From a virus (lineage: Duplodnaviria > Caudoviricetes): a stretch of 36,581 bases of DNA. Under the pieces are notes generated by a model. That model saw only the letters and a program-made list of their open reading frames with translations. It did not search any database and had not been told where the DNA came from. Positions 24,816-33,330 of this stretch are shown in pieces. Both the position numbers and the translations under genes were made by a program. The first letter of the stretch is position 1. The number at the start of each line of letters is the position of its first letter. The stretch spans positions 1 through 36,581 of IMG/VR virus record IMGVR_UViG_3300035548_000135, one strand, 5' to 3'.

Positions 24816-25772
24816 TTACACCGTGTAGCTTGCTGTTTCGTTTGTCAGCTTTACGACCAGACTTGAAGCATCAGAACTGTTGTAGATGGCTCGCCAGTTT
24901 ACCGTGAGAATATTTCTATTCCCTCGTGATTGGCTCGGCGTTACATCCTCTATGTATGCGCTGCCTATGTCGAATTCCAATGTGTCCTTATATGTTGAAG
25001 CAATCGTTGCACCTTCCCATTTGAAGTCGAGCGGAAATGTTGCGAGAGTGGCCTGTGGGGTTGTGGCGGCATCCGCACCCAGAAACATCTCGTAGACATC
25101 TTCATTATATATCATGTCAAAACTGCCGGACACTTGCACTCTGGTCTTGTCTGCGTTTGAAAGGGTATAGCTGTTTACCGCATAGTCTTTGTCTAGAGTA
25201 TTCTCGATAGACAGGTTCCAGCTTTTCAGCGTATATGTCGTGGTCGAGTTTACGCTGACCGTCCCGGTTGATCCTTTACCAAACCAATCTTTTGAATCGA
25301 AGCTTGCCGTTTCGAGTGTGGCCGGTTCTGCGAGTGTGGTGGCTGTGAAGCTTGCGCTTGCGCTCATATTCTCATTCTCACCCATCGAGAATTCGAGGGA
25401 ATCAAATACGCATCCGGTAAAAGGCAAAGTTTCGCTAGTGAGCGGAGCCTGCACCGTGAACCAGTTCAGCGTGGCTGCGTTCTTGAACGTATGCAAATAC
25501 GCATCGGTGGTCTCCTGTTGTGCGGACGTGCAACTACCCATAACCGCACCGAGCGTCAAACCGATGTTTTCCGGGCTTACTCGGAAACTGTATTCGCCGC
25601 CTGCATCGAGATTTCCCCTACTGTGTTTTAGATCCTCAATGCCGGCAATGCCTTCGTCAGCTATGGGTTGGTTGTTTAAGCGAGGTGTAAAGCTTTCCAC
25701 ATTGATGAAGCTTGTGGGTGTTCCCGCCGTGCTTTGATCGTCTTGTTTTACGATACCTACATACTGCGTCAT
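24816..25772 (-). CDS. Major tail tube protein
   Basis: 318 aa, Thr/Ser-rich; FTGCVFDSLEFS, WNLSIENTL and VSGSF motifs; position. Confidence 0.88.
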   Translation of the reverse strand: MTQYVGIVKQDDQSTAGTPTSFINVESFTPRLNNQPIADEGIAGIEDLKHSRGNLDAGGEYSFRVSPENIGLTLGAVMGSCTSAQQETTDAYLHTFKNAATLNWFTVQAPLTSETLPFTGCVFDSLEFSMGENENMSASASFTATTLAEPATLETASFDSKDWFGKGSTGTVSVNSTTTYTLKSWNLSIENTLDKDYAVNSYTLSNADKTRVQVSGSFDMIYNEDVYEMFLGADAATTPQATLATFPLDFKWEGATIASTYKDTLEFDIGSAYIEDVTPSQSRGNRNILTVNWRAIYNSSDASSLVVKLTNETASYTV

Positions 25773-25939
25773 AGGGTTTCATCCTCCTGTTTTTTTTCCT
25801 TTGAATGATACGTTCGTATCTGTGTCACGCCGTCCATTTTCTGTAAGGCGTTTATCAATCCTGCGTCTTCCGTGTCTATTATTCCATCGTTGCCTATCGG
25901 CACGTTTGGAATTATCTTGTTTCGTACCTTGAATCTCAT
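25769..25939 (-). CDS. 56-aa protein between tail terminator and tail tube
   Basis: MRFKVRNKIIPNVPIGNDG...EDETL; AGGTGA RBS and ATGA overlaps at both ends. Not in the ORF track. Confidence 0.7.
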   Translation of the reverse strand: MRFKVRNKIIPNVPIGNDGIIDTEDAGLINALQKMDGVTQIRTYHSKEKKQEDETL

Positions 25940-26610
25940 CTGTTCACCTTGTAGTAAAACTCTAATAGTATATCGTCCAGATAGCCACGAATATAATTTT
26001 TGGTCGAATCCCGAAGCCCTGTTTCCTGATACTGAAAGAATCGCTTCTGGGAGCTTATTTTTCGGACATGATAGAAGCTTAAAACATCTAGGTTATTATG
26101 AAACAAATCCCTGATGGAGTCGCTTAATGTGTTCAGTTCGCTTCTCGTTTGCGCCACTACATACACACCTACTCTTAGAGAACAATCCGCCGTTTCAATA
26201 GAGAGATATTCCCGTTCCGTGTATTCGTTTATATCATCCAATATGATATAAGGCATTCCTATGTTGGTATTCGTGTAGCCTAAGATAACCCATTGTGTCC
26301 CATGATAATAATTTACGGAAACATCTGTCGCATCGTCCGGCTTCGTTCCGTCTGATGTGAATGTAAAACCTGAATTGGTGTTGGTGTAGTCCGTGTTCCA
26401 TTCGAACGTATAGCTCTCCCCGTTTGAGGTTCCGCTTATTGAACGAATAGAACTGACCGGAGTATTAGAAAGGGTATAGCTTAATGTGCCGTCAGAATAG
26501 CTTACAGTCTCTCCTTCGGCATATGTCTGTCTGGATGATACTACGTCATCCACATTGTTTCGTATGAGGTCTCGTACCTCTTGTTCTAACTCCGATTGAG
26601 TTTTTGTCAT
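25936..26610 (-). CDS. Tail terminator/completion-like protein with a beta-rich insertion
   Basis: Position; PYIIL...VYV....SELNTLSDSIRDL pattern; Thr/Ser-rich insert. Confidence 0.6.
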   Translation of the reverse strand: MTKTQSELEQEVRDLIRNNVDDVVSSRQTYAEGETVSYSDGTLSYTLSNTPVSSIRSISGTSNGESYTFEWNTDYTNTNSGFTFTSDGTKPDDATDVSVNYYHGTQWVILGYTNTNIGMPYIILDDINEYTEREYLSIETADCSLRVGVYVVAQTRSELNTLSDSIRDLFHNNLDVLSFYHVRKISSQKRFFQYQETGLRDSTKNYIRGYLDDILLEFYYKVNR

Positions 26611-26652
26611 TGTATCGCCTCGTTAGGCCGCCTTTGCTCTTCCGGTGAATCT

Positions 26653-27012
26653 TCAAAGGCTATATGCGTCTGCATTCAGTATCTTTATGTCTGCCGTGCT
26701 CCCTATGTTTTTTTGCAATGCCGGTTCCATGTATCTTTTATTATTTTTTTCCACTATCGCCGCATAGTCAGCTCCACGCTGGCTTGGTCTTTTATAGGGT
26801 GGCGGCTTGGTGTCCGCCAGTATCGTAACACTAAGGGGTTCGTTTTTCTCGGTAACGATATGTGCTGCGAGATTTCCTGTTGCTCTGGGAACAATGTCTT
26901 TCGCATCCCGTTCTACCGCATGCCCGAACTTTTTCAATTCATTGTCTATGTTGTCCCGGTCTATGTCAAGCTCGTGCATAAGCTTTGATACATTTGCAGT
27001 CATTGTTATCAA
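26653..27012 (-). CDS. HK97 gp10-like neck/tail protein
   Basis: AKDIVPRATGNL, YAAIVE and YMEPAL motifs. Confidence 0.8.
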   Translation of the reverse strand: MITMTANVSKLMHELDIDRDNIDNELKKFGHAVERDAKDIVPRATGNLAAHIVTEKNEPLSVTILADTKPPPYKRPSQRGADYAAIVEKNNKRYMEPALQKNIGSTADIKILNADAYSL

Positions 27013-27336
27013 TTAGATCAACCCCCATTTTTTCATCATCGCTATTAATGTAACAAATGCAGTAATGAAACCTGTGGCGACGCTTCCTATAATGCTTTCG
27101 TTCCGTGTTTTTCTCAATGCGTGTTCGTGTTCCTTTTCGTGCATCGTCTGCCATTGGATTATCTTTCCCTGCTCTATCCTCATCTCTACTGTCACTTGGG
27201 TATTTTGATCCAGTGCTTCCTTTAAACAATCTCGGTCTTTCTTTTGGTCGTTCTTCAGTTCTATCAAATCGTCGTGCATCTGTTGTTGCATCGCTTTCAA
27301 GACCGCTAAGTCCTGCGCCTCCCGTTTCGTGACCAT
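27013..27336 (-). CDS. Coiled-coil protein with C-terminal transmembrane helix (XhlA-like architecture)
   Basis: Heptads followed by IIGSVATGFITAFVTLIAMM and KK. Confidence 0.65.
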   Translation of the reverse strand: MVTKREAQDLAVLKAMQQQMHDDLIELKNDQKKDRDCLKEALDQNTQVTVEMRIEQGKIIQWQTMHEKEHEHALRKTRNESIIGSVATGFITAFVTLIAMMKKWGLI

Positions 27337-27342
27337 GAAAAT

Positions 27343-27648
27343 TTATCCCCATGTGGTTTCTCCTTCCTGATTGATATAACCATACGTTACATCATCGGTC
27401 GAAAGTTCCTCTGCTATATCCGATAAGACGATACTCGCCCGTTCTGCAAAATATTTCTCCTGTGGAAACAACATGCTTATTGTTATGTACAGAACTGCGA
27501 GATTGTGTTTCTCGTCTGCATCGTCGTAGCTTGTCTGGGCACGAACCTCGAACTCCTTTTTTGCATAAGGCAAAATATTGGAGATGTCGGTGTCTGATAC
27601 TGATTGGGTCTGCACCATTGACCGAACATCTGCAACAGAAAGCGTCAT
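27343..27648 (-). CDS. Head-tail adaptor-like protein
   Basis: SVADVRSMV...DTDI...AK...AVLYI helical pattern; position after the capsid gene. Confidence 0.65.
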   Translation of the reverse strand: MTLSVADVRSMVQTQSVSDTDISNILPYAKKEFEVRAQTSYDDADEKHNLAVLYITISMLFPQEKYFAERASIVLSDIAEELSTDDVTYGYINQEGETTWG

Positions 27649-27652
27649 GAGA

Positions 27653-27820
27653 TCACTTCTTTTTCGTTCGTGGCTTCTCGTCTGGCGGTATCACCGGTTC
27701 AAGATAAATAAGAGAGGAAGTAGGAAACTTGTTTTTATCCACTTCCACTTCCTCGCCTTTTCCGTATACCGTGCCATCGAGTTCGAACTTGTTTATCGCC
27801 ACCTTCGCTTTGACTTTCAG
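27653..27820 (-). CDS. 55-aa protein with a probable CTG start
   Basis: AGGTGATCTC directly followed by CTG AAA GTC AAA GCG...: (M)KVKAKVAINKFELDGTVYGKGEEVEVD...KPRTKKK; fills the capsid-adaptor gap. Confidence 0.7.
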   Translation of the reverse strand: MKVKAKVAINKFELDGTVYGKGEEVEVDKNKFPTSSLIYLEPVIPPDEKPRTKKK

Positions 27821-27829
27821 GAGATCACC

Positions 27830-28714
27830 TTATATGGCCGATAGCTTACAGATCGCGTTCGAGTCACGAATGACCGGAACTAATGCCTCGTAGCACATAC
27901 CCCAGAGGCCGCCGCCATCCTTTAGTTTGATAGGCTCGGTAACGGTCGTGAAGTCCTTTGCGACCACAAGTTCGACATACGGTCGTATTTCCTCCCGTGC
28001 CGGCAGAAGCATGGCCGTGCCTGCGGTAAGGTCGTGGTCCTTGTAGATCTCTCCGCCTATGAGGTCTTTCACAAACTCGAACTCGCTAACCCCTGCGCCG
28101 CTTCCGGTAATGGATGATCTGAGTTCCCCGTACTGTGTTCGGGCACAAACGAGATTGTAGCGTCTGGCTCGTATGCCGTCAGCTTCAATGAGGTCGATTG
28201 CTCCCTGTACCGCGTCAATCGCATTGCCAGCCGTTCCGAAGTCCTTTGTAGTGGAGTAATCGTTGCCTGCACCTTGATAGAGACCGTCTATGTCGTAGTT
28301 CGTGCCATCGGCCGAGAATCCCTGAACGATGAACTCGTTTTCGAGTTCGGCAACCCTGTATGCCGCACTCTCTGCGTTGGCCGTGTCAAGAGGCGTCCCA
28401 TAGCGTCTGCTCGAAGCAAGGTCCCGTTCGTTTATCCTCCACGATTTTGAAAGCAACGGAATGTTTTGGTTGCTTCTCGTGATGTTCACCATGTCGTCAG
28501 ACTGCCTGAACGTCCATGTGAGCTGAGCGTCACCCATGTCCGTGTATTCATCGTATGAATATACCTGAACACCGATGTCGTTAAGTGCCTTGACTGGAAG
28601 GTATTCCCGTGCCTGAATCCTGTTTCGTGCAGACCAGAGTGCCCTTTGGTCGATGAACTTGTATTGTTCCTCGGTCAGTTGTGCGTTGCCCATAAGTTCG
28701 CTTGGTGTCTTCAC
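27830..28714 (-). CDS. Major capsid protein, HK97 fold, encapsulin-like
   Basis: IPLLSKSWRINERDL..SRRYGTPLD...AAYRVAELENEFIVQG...IDGL resembles family-1 encapsulins; occupies the capsid slot; GTG start. Confidence 0.88.
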   Translation of the reverse strand: MKTPSELMGNAQLTEEQYKFIDQRALWSARNRIQAREYLPVKALNDIGVQVYSYDEYTDMGDAQLTWTFRQSDDMVNITRSNQNIPLLSKSWRINERDLASSRRYGTPLDTANAESAAYRVAELENEFIVQGFSADGTNYDIDGLYQGAGNDYSTTKDFGTAGNAIDAVQGAIDLIEADGIRARRYNLVCARTQYGELRSSITGSGAGVSEFEFVKDLIGGEIYKDHDLTAGTAMLLPAREEIRPYVELVVAKDFTTVTEPIKLKDGGGLWGMCYEALVPVIRDSNAICKLSAI

Positions 28715-29602
28715 TTACATCACCATCCGTGCAATAATGTCGTCTGCACCGCTTGAGGCATCGACGGTTTCCTCTGCTACTGCAACCTTTCCGAATCCTT
28801 GGTGCTTGACCTTAAGCAGGATGTAGCCCGCTATGTCGTGGTTGGTCGTGGTGTAGGTCACTGAAACGGTAGTTCCGTCGCATGTGTGGTACAGTCTGTT
28901 GAACGTACCTACATCGCCGGCAGAATCCGCACCTGCCTCGAAGTCGGCGAGAAGCACACCGTAGTCGGTGGCTGAAAGGTACTCTTCGGAACTACCGCTC
29001 GTTACTGTTGCAGTAGGTCGGATAAATCCAGCGGTGGCGCAACTTATTCCATCAAGGAAACCGTCCGCATCCCCTGAAGCTTCCGTTGAGAGAAGCCCAA
29101 CATCGAGCTCGCCTGAAGCCACTTCGTCAGTCACATATACTGCGATGTCCTCAACGACCACGCCGCTTGGCAGGTCAACTGAAGTGTCCTCCTCGGAGGT
29201 GTTCTTGGAGAACGGTATCTTGATCCATTCCTCTCCAAACAACGGGGCTACCTGTCCTGCGCTCCAGACCGTTAAACCGTCGCCCTTCTCTGCCTTGAAT
29301 CCTGCGCCGAGAGAGGAAAGCACCACCGCATTGCTTCCTGTATAGACGGTCGCCCAGTCGCCAGCCCCGTAAGCAGTGCTTATGGTCGTTGGCTTGTCTC
29401 CGCCTGTGGTCGTTTCGTATGAAAGAATGCCGATTACTTTCTTTGTAATGTCCGCTACAACAATGTCGTCATCATTCGTTCCCCGTGCAACGAATCGTCC
29501 CGGATAACAGTTTGTTGCCGTTTCCACTTTGTAGTCGACCCTGAGCGGCTCTCCGCTTATGCGGATCGAATACGAAGGTTCCTTGTAACCTGTGTATGCC
29601 AT
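28715..29602 (-). CDS. Capsid decoration/cement protein with an internal extra domain
   Basis: Between scaffold and capsid; PGRFV...VIGI...GD pattern; GAGGTGATC RBS. Confidence 0.65.
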   Translation of the reverse strand: MAYTGYKEPSYSIRISGEPLRVDYKVETATNCYPGRFVARGTNDDDIVVADITKKVIGILSYETTTGGDKPTTISTAYGAGDWATVYTGSNAVVLSSLGAGFKAEKGDGLTVWSAGQVAPLFGEEWIKIPFSKNTSEEDTSVDLPSGVVVEDIAVYVTDEVASGELDVGLLSTEASGDADGFLDGISCATAGFIRPTATVTSGSSEEYLSATDYGVLLADFEAGADSAGDVGTFNRLYHTCDGTTVSVTYTTTNHDIAGYILLKVKHQGFGKVAVAEETVDASSGADDIIARMVM

Positions 29603-29603
29603 T

Positions 29604-30998
29604 TTAGATCACCTCGTCCGGACGCACCCATTCACGCTGGCCGTACTTGTTTATTATGGGTACGCCGATACCGGTGTATTCCTCTTTCTCTTCCTCGTCC
29701 TCTGCAAACTCGGAAGGTGTCTTGTCTTCTGACTGCTTGTTCTCTACCGGCTGTTCCGGTTCCGGCACATCGAAAGAGTTCAGCAGCGTTTCCTTATCAC
29801 AGATCGAAAGGTTTTCAAGAATAGGTTCCAACTTGGAGTTTCGTTCAAGTATCGCCTTGTTCAGCTTCTCGTGCTTGGCGTTTAGGATGTCCTGAAGCAC
29901 CTTGTCCTTTTTTTCGAGTTCTGAACGAAGGTTGGCTATTTCCTCCGCATAGTTGGTCTCTTCTTGTTTTTCGTCCTGCACCTGTTCCTCATCCGTCATA
30001 GAATCACCTTGTGCGTTTTGTTTTAATGCTGGTTCAAACTGTATATATGTATAATCATTATTTCTAAGCCATGCTCTTGCTTGTTTTTCTGTGAATTTTT
30101 GTGCATCGAATCTTATTGATTGTATTTCCGTTTTAGAATCTTTTATTCCGTAAATTACATTTATGCCCGTTCCGAATTCATCGTTTTTTCTCCTGAATGT
30201 TTCATAGCCTTCTGGTTCGTGTATTCGTGCCGAATGCTCGTTTTTATACGGGTTTATAATTATAGAATCATCCGGTGGGCAATAAGATAGTGAAGCGGTT
30301 GTCGGATCTGTATTTTCGAATCCTGATTCTGTCCCGGTTGTTCCATATAAATGAGTGTGATTATGGTTTGTGTTTGTCGTTCCAGTTGCATATCCGGGGT
30401 TCAAGGTGGTCGTGTTGTTTTGTTCTGTGTTTTCTACGCTGGCATTGGTTCTGATACCACAACCGTCCTCATAACTACACCGTCCTTTCCCCTGCATAAT
30501 AATAGCAACGTGGTTTCCCACGATGTTTCGTTGTACTGCGGTATATGGTATTCCATTCAAGTCACCCCCCTCTTCCATTACATTGCACCAATAGCCTGCG
30601 CTCACATCGAAGGTTCTGTTTTGTTTGAGCTGGTTTATTATCTCCCTTGTTTTGTCGTTCTTGTATATCACGCCGACACATCGCAATTTTGAACCGTCTA
30701 TATGGGCTTGCTCAATATGCCCGTTTATGTCCTGTATGTTTGTCACCATGCCGGTCGTTGGGTGCTCGATTGTCAGCTCTTTTCTCTCAAAGGTGTTTCG
30801 TATATCGTTTGTTACCTTTGCAAATTCCGTCATGTCTATAAGATGGTTTGTGTGGTCGCTTCGTTCGGGATATTTCATTACCATTTCCTGAATGACCGTT
30901 ATAGGAACCTTTACATATTCGTTCGTCTCTTCTATGATAAGCGGTTCTCCGTTGTTTGTTATCTGCCCTGTAACTTTCTCATTATTGTTCAAGATCAT
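29604..30998 (-). CDS. DUF2213-like prohead protease/scaffold
   Basis: TIEHP, VSAGY, QRNIVGNHVAI and GRC..GCGI motifs; acidic coiled-coil C-terminus. Confidence 0.85.
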   Translation of the reverse strand: MILNNNEKVTGQITNNGEPLIIEETNEYVKVPITVIQEMVMKYPERSDHTNHLIDMTEFAKVTNDIRNTFERKELTIEHPTTGMVTNIQDINGHIEQAHIDGSKLRCVGVIYKNDKTREIINQLKQNRTFDVSAGYWCNVMEEGGDLNGIPYTAVQRNIVGNHVAIIMQGKGRCSYEDGCGIRTNASVENTEQNNTTTLNPGYATGTTNTNHNHTHLYGTTGTESGFENTDPTTASLSYCPPDDSIIINPYKNEHSARIHEPEGYETFRRKNDEFGTGINVIYGIKDSKTEIQSIRFDAQKFTEKQARAWLRNNDYTYIQFEPALKQNAQGDSMTDEEQVQDEKQEETNYAEEIANLRSELEKKDKVLQDILNAKHEKLNKAILERNSKLEPILENLSICDKETLLNSFDVPEPEQPVENKQSEDKTPSEFAEDEEEKEEYTGIGVPIINKYGQREWVRPDEVI

Positions 30999-31639
30999 GC
31001 GGCTACACCTGCGGCCTTGCTTATAATATTGTCATATACCTCTTTTCCCGGGATTATCACGCACATGCAGTTTGGATGAAGCGGAGGCGCATGCAATCCG
31101 CAACTGAATGTCTCGTCTATTCCTACCTCTTCGCCTTCAAGCATTGCGCATTGGGGACACGGCGCATACGTGCTCCACGTCTTTGTTGTAAGTCCCGAGT
31201 ACTTGTATCTGTGAAGGGTTGCGGCGTTGTATGCCCGCATCATCTCTGAACGTGCGATCCTTTTTGCCTGATAGCCTTTTAATCGTCCTTCCTTTACCCA
31301 GTAGAGTTCTTCCCTTTTCTTTATCTCTTGCGCAACCTGATACGGATGAAGCCCGTTTTCCGCTCCTTTCTGGATCGTGTCAAAGAATATCGTTCTCATC
31401 TCGTTTCCCCACTTTTGCATATACGGGTTGACTTTCGGGTATTTCTGATACCAACGGGTCACAAATGTTTCAATCGTCCGTCTGCTTGGAACCTCATACA
31501 AGTAATAGCTTGGATAAATAAAACCCGATGTGTAGCTTGCGATAACACCCCGTGCCAACTGCTTGTTCATTTCCTCTACCAGATCGTTTATGCGCTCGTT
31601 TGCGTATGCTATCATGTAGCTTTTCTCACTCGGTGTCAT
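30995..31639 (-). CDS. SPP1 gp7 / Mu F-like head morphogenesis protein
   Basis: AKRIARSEMMRAYN, W...CPQC..LEG and PPLHPNCMC motifs. Confidence 0.9.
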   Translation of the reverse strand: MTPSEKSYMIAYANERINDLVEEMNKQLARGVIASYTSGFIYPSYYLYEVPSRRTIETFVTRWYQKYPKVNPYMQKWGNEMRTIFFDTIQKGAENGLHPYQVAQEIKKREELYWVKEGRLKGYQAKRIARSEMMRAYNAATLHRYKYSGLTTKTWSTYAPCPQCAMLEGEEVGIDETFSCGLHAPPLHPNCMCVIIPGKEVYDNIISKAAGVAA

Positions 31640-33066
31640 AGATCCTCAAACTCCCGTAGTATGTCCTCAACGGTCTGTTCTATTTCCTCTTGGGTCTGTT
31701 CGTCTATGAGGTTTGCGAATTTCGTGCTTGGGGTAAACAAACTTTTCACTTCTTCGCTTAATGCGTTCTCCACTTGGCTTGTGTCGACCTCTGTTTTGTC
31801 GGGTTTGGTATCTGATTCGACCGGGATAAACTGTCCTTGGATAAGTCTGTAATCATCATCGAGCTTTCTCATTCCCAGCATTTCACGCACTTCGTTTGCG
31901 GTAAATCCCGAGTTCATGAAACCTATTGCCGCACTCGAAAAGTTCTTAAGCATCTCCGCACGCCTGCTTTCTTCCATTTCCTTTTGCGGTTCCCACCGGA
32001 TCTCATATTCTGCCGCTTGTATGTTATGGATCTGAAGGACCTTGTTATAGAGGTCGAACAATCGTGGCGCTATGATGGTTTCCTGAATTGAGTTAAGGTC
32101 TGAGTAATAATCCTTCCAATTGAATTCTGCTCCTGTTACCGCTCCTGCTTGGCTCCCGAGCAAAACCGTCTTCGGGATGTTCCAGCCGGCCGTTATGTCA
32201 TCCAATAAAGCGGTCACGTATGGGCTTGGGTCAAGTGCCTTTCCGTTCGCTCCCTTGAAGTCGACATCGAGCTTGTCTTTTTCAAGTACCATGGAAGTCC
32301 ATGCATGCGATTCTTGAAACCATGTTGAAAGGTTCTCTTTCTGGTTTTGCGGAATTGATGAATCCATATAGAGGATAGGATAACCCGAACCGTATCGCAC
32401 CATCGTCTGACCTAATCCCCAAATGGCGTTCATGTAGCTCATGAGTGCGTTGAAATTATGGTCTATCTGGCTTACGCCCTCCGGATGTGTTGGATGCTCT
32501 TCATGCACCCACCGTAGAATTCTGCTTGGATGTATCTTTAGTTTTGCCCGGCTGTCTTTTTTGTTGAATCCTGAAATTGTATAATGATCTATCTTTCCGT
32601 GCTTTCGTTTTATCTCGCATGAGGATTTCGGGTAAACCTGTATAAGTTCGATGTCGGAGGCCTTTGTGTAATTGACCGGGGATTCAATGTTCTGGGTATC
32701 ATTGAACCCCAGATAGATAAGGCTGTATCCGTCCTTCATTGCGAGCTGGTGGGCTTGTGTGAGCTTGTAAACGAGATGCTTGTTTACAACGAATTCCTCT
32801 AATATCTTTCGGATCGTTTCGTTGTTTGTTTCAAGAGTGTGCCAGTTTCCAAGAAGGTCTTTTGATACTTTTTGGATATATTTTTTCACCATGCCCAATC
32901 TGTTGTAAAGCATGTCCCTGTCTGATTGAAGGATCTTTGCAGGATATAATGATTTCTTCGTGTCCTTTCCTATCTGGAGAGAATCTATTTCATCGCTTGT
33001 TGCGTTGTCCCATTTGCCCGGATTGTATGCTTTTATGGAATTTAGAATATGTGAAATGAAACTCAT
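31636..33066 (-). CDS. Portal protein (DUF1073-like)
   Basis: IHPSRI, IPKTVLLGSQAG, DYY...IQE and TANEVRE motifs; position after terL. Confidence 0.88.
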   Translation of the reverse strand: MSFISHILNSIKAYNPGKWDNATSDEIDSLQIGKDTKKSLYPAKILQSDRDMLYNRLGMVKKYIQKVSKDLLGNWHTLETNNETIRKILEEFVVNKHLVYKLTQAHQLAMKDGYSLIYLGFNDTQNIESPVNYTKASDIELIQVYPKSSCEIKRKHGKIDHYTISGFNKKDSRAKLKIHPSRILRWVHEEHPTHPEGVSQIDHNFNALMSYMNAIWGLGQTMVRYGSGYPILYMDSSIPQNQKENLSTWFQESHAWTSMVLEKDKLDVDFKGANGKALDPSPYVTALLDDITAGWNIPKTVLLGSQAGAVTGAEFNWKDYYSDLNSIQETIIAPRLFDLYNKVLQIHNIQAAEYEIRWEPQKEMEESRRAEMLKNFSSAAIGFMNSGFTANEVREMLGMRKLDDDYRLIQGQFIPVESDTKPDKTEVDTSQVENALSEEVKSLFTPSTKFANLIDEQTQEEIEQTVEDILREFEDL

Positions 33067-33080
33067 GGCAGACCTCTACG

Positions 33081-33126
33081 TTAGGGTTGCCTAAATATAT
33101 GTTTTACCTGCTTATAAAGGTTTTCG
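33081..33126 (-). promoter_or_regulatory. Promoter of the virion operon with a palindromic operator-like site
   Basis: CGAAAACCTTTATAAG (BRE-TATA), then CATATATTTAGG overlapping TTAGG-N4-CCTAA at 33081-33094. Confidence 0.7.
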
Positions 33127-33141
33127 AGATTTATATAAATA

Positions 33142-33330
33142 TTAGCGTGGTATCTTTCGTGCGTCTAGGATAAACTCATATTTCCTGAACACTTCCTCTA
33201 ACACATAACTCATTATGTCCTGCCGTGTCGTGCATCCGGGAGTTCGCTTGTTTTTATATTGCTGTTCGTACCATTCCACAACTTCTATGGGGAGATGTAT
33301 CAATACATATTTTCTGTCAGTAGCCGCCAA
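33142..33330 (-). CDS. Small ribbon-helix-helix-like protein
   Basis: KYVLIHLPIEVVEW...TRQDIMSYVLEE pattern. Confidence 0.6.
   Translation of the reverse strand: MAATDRKYVLIHLPIEVVEWYEQQYKNKRTPGCTTRQDIMSYVLEEVFRKYEFILDARKIPR

Noticed and set aside
27830-28714. Cellular encapsulin nanocompartment operon
   Set aside because: No cargo enzyme is nearby; the gene sits in the capsid slot and no other capsid candidate exists.
28712-28717. Stop readthrough fusing decoration and capsid proteins (TAA directly before in-frame GTG)
   Set aside because: Directly abutting stop/start junctions also occur at 36143/36144, 11803/11804 and 27012/27013, and a GGTGAT RBS precedes the GTG; compact gene packing explains it.
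31636-33066. Anti-CBASS Acb1 (a label sometimes attached to DUF1073-like proteins)
   Set aside because: No pair of 2H-phosphoesterase HxT/S motifs was seen; size and position fit a portal.
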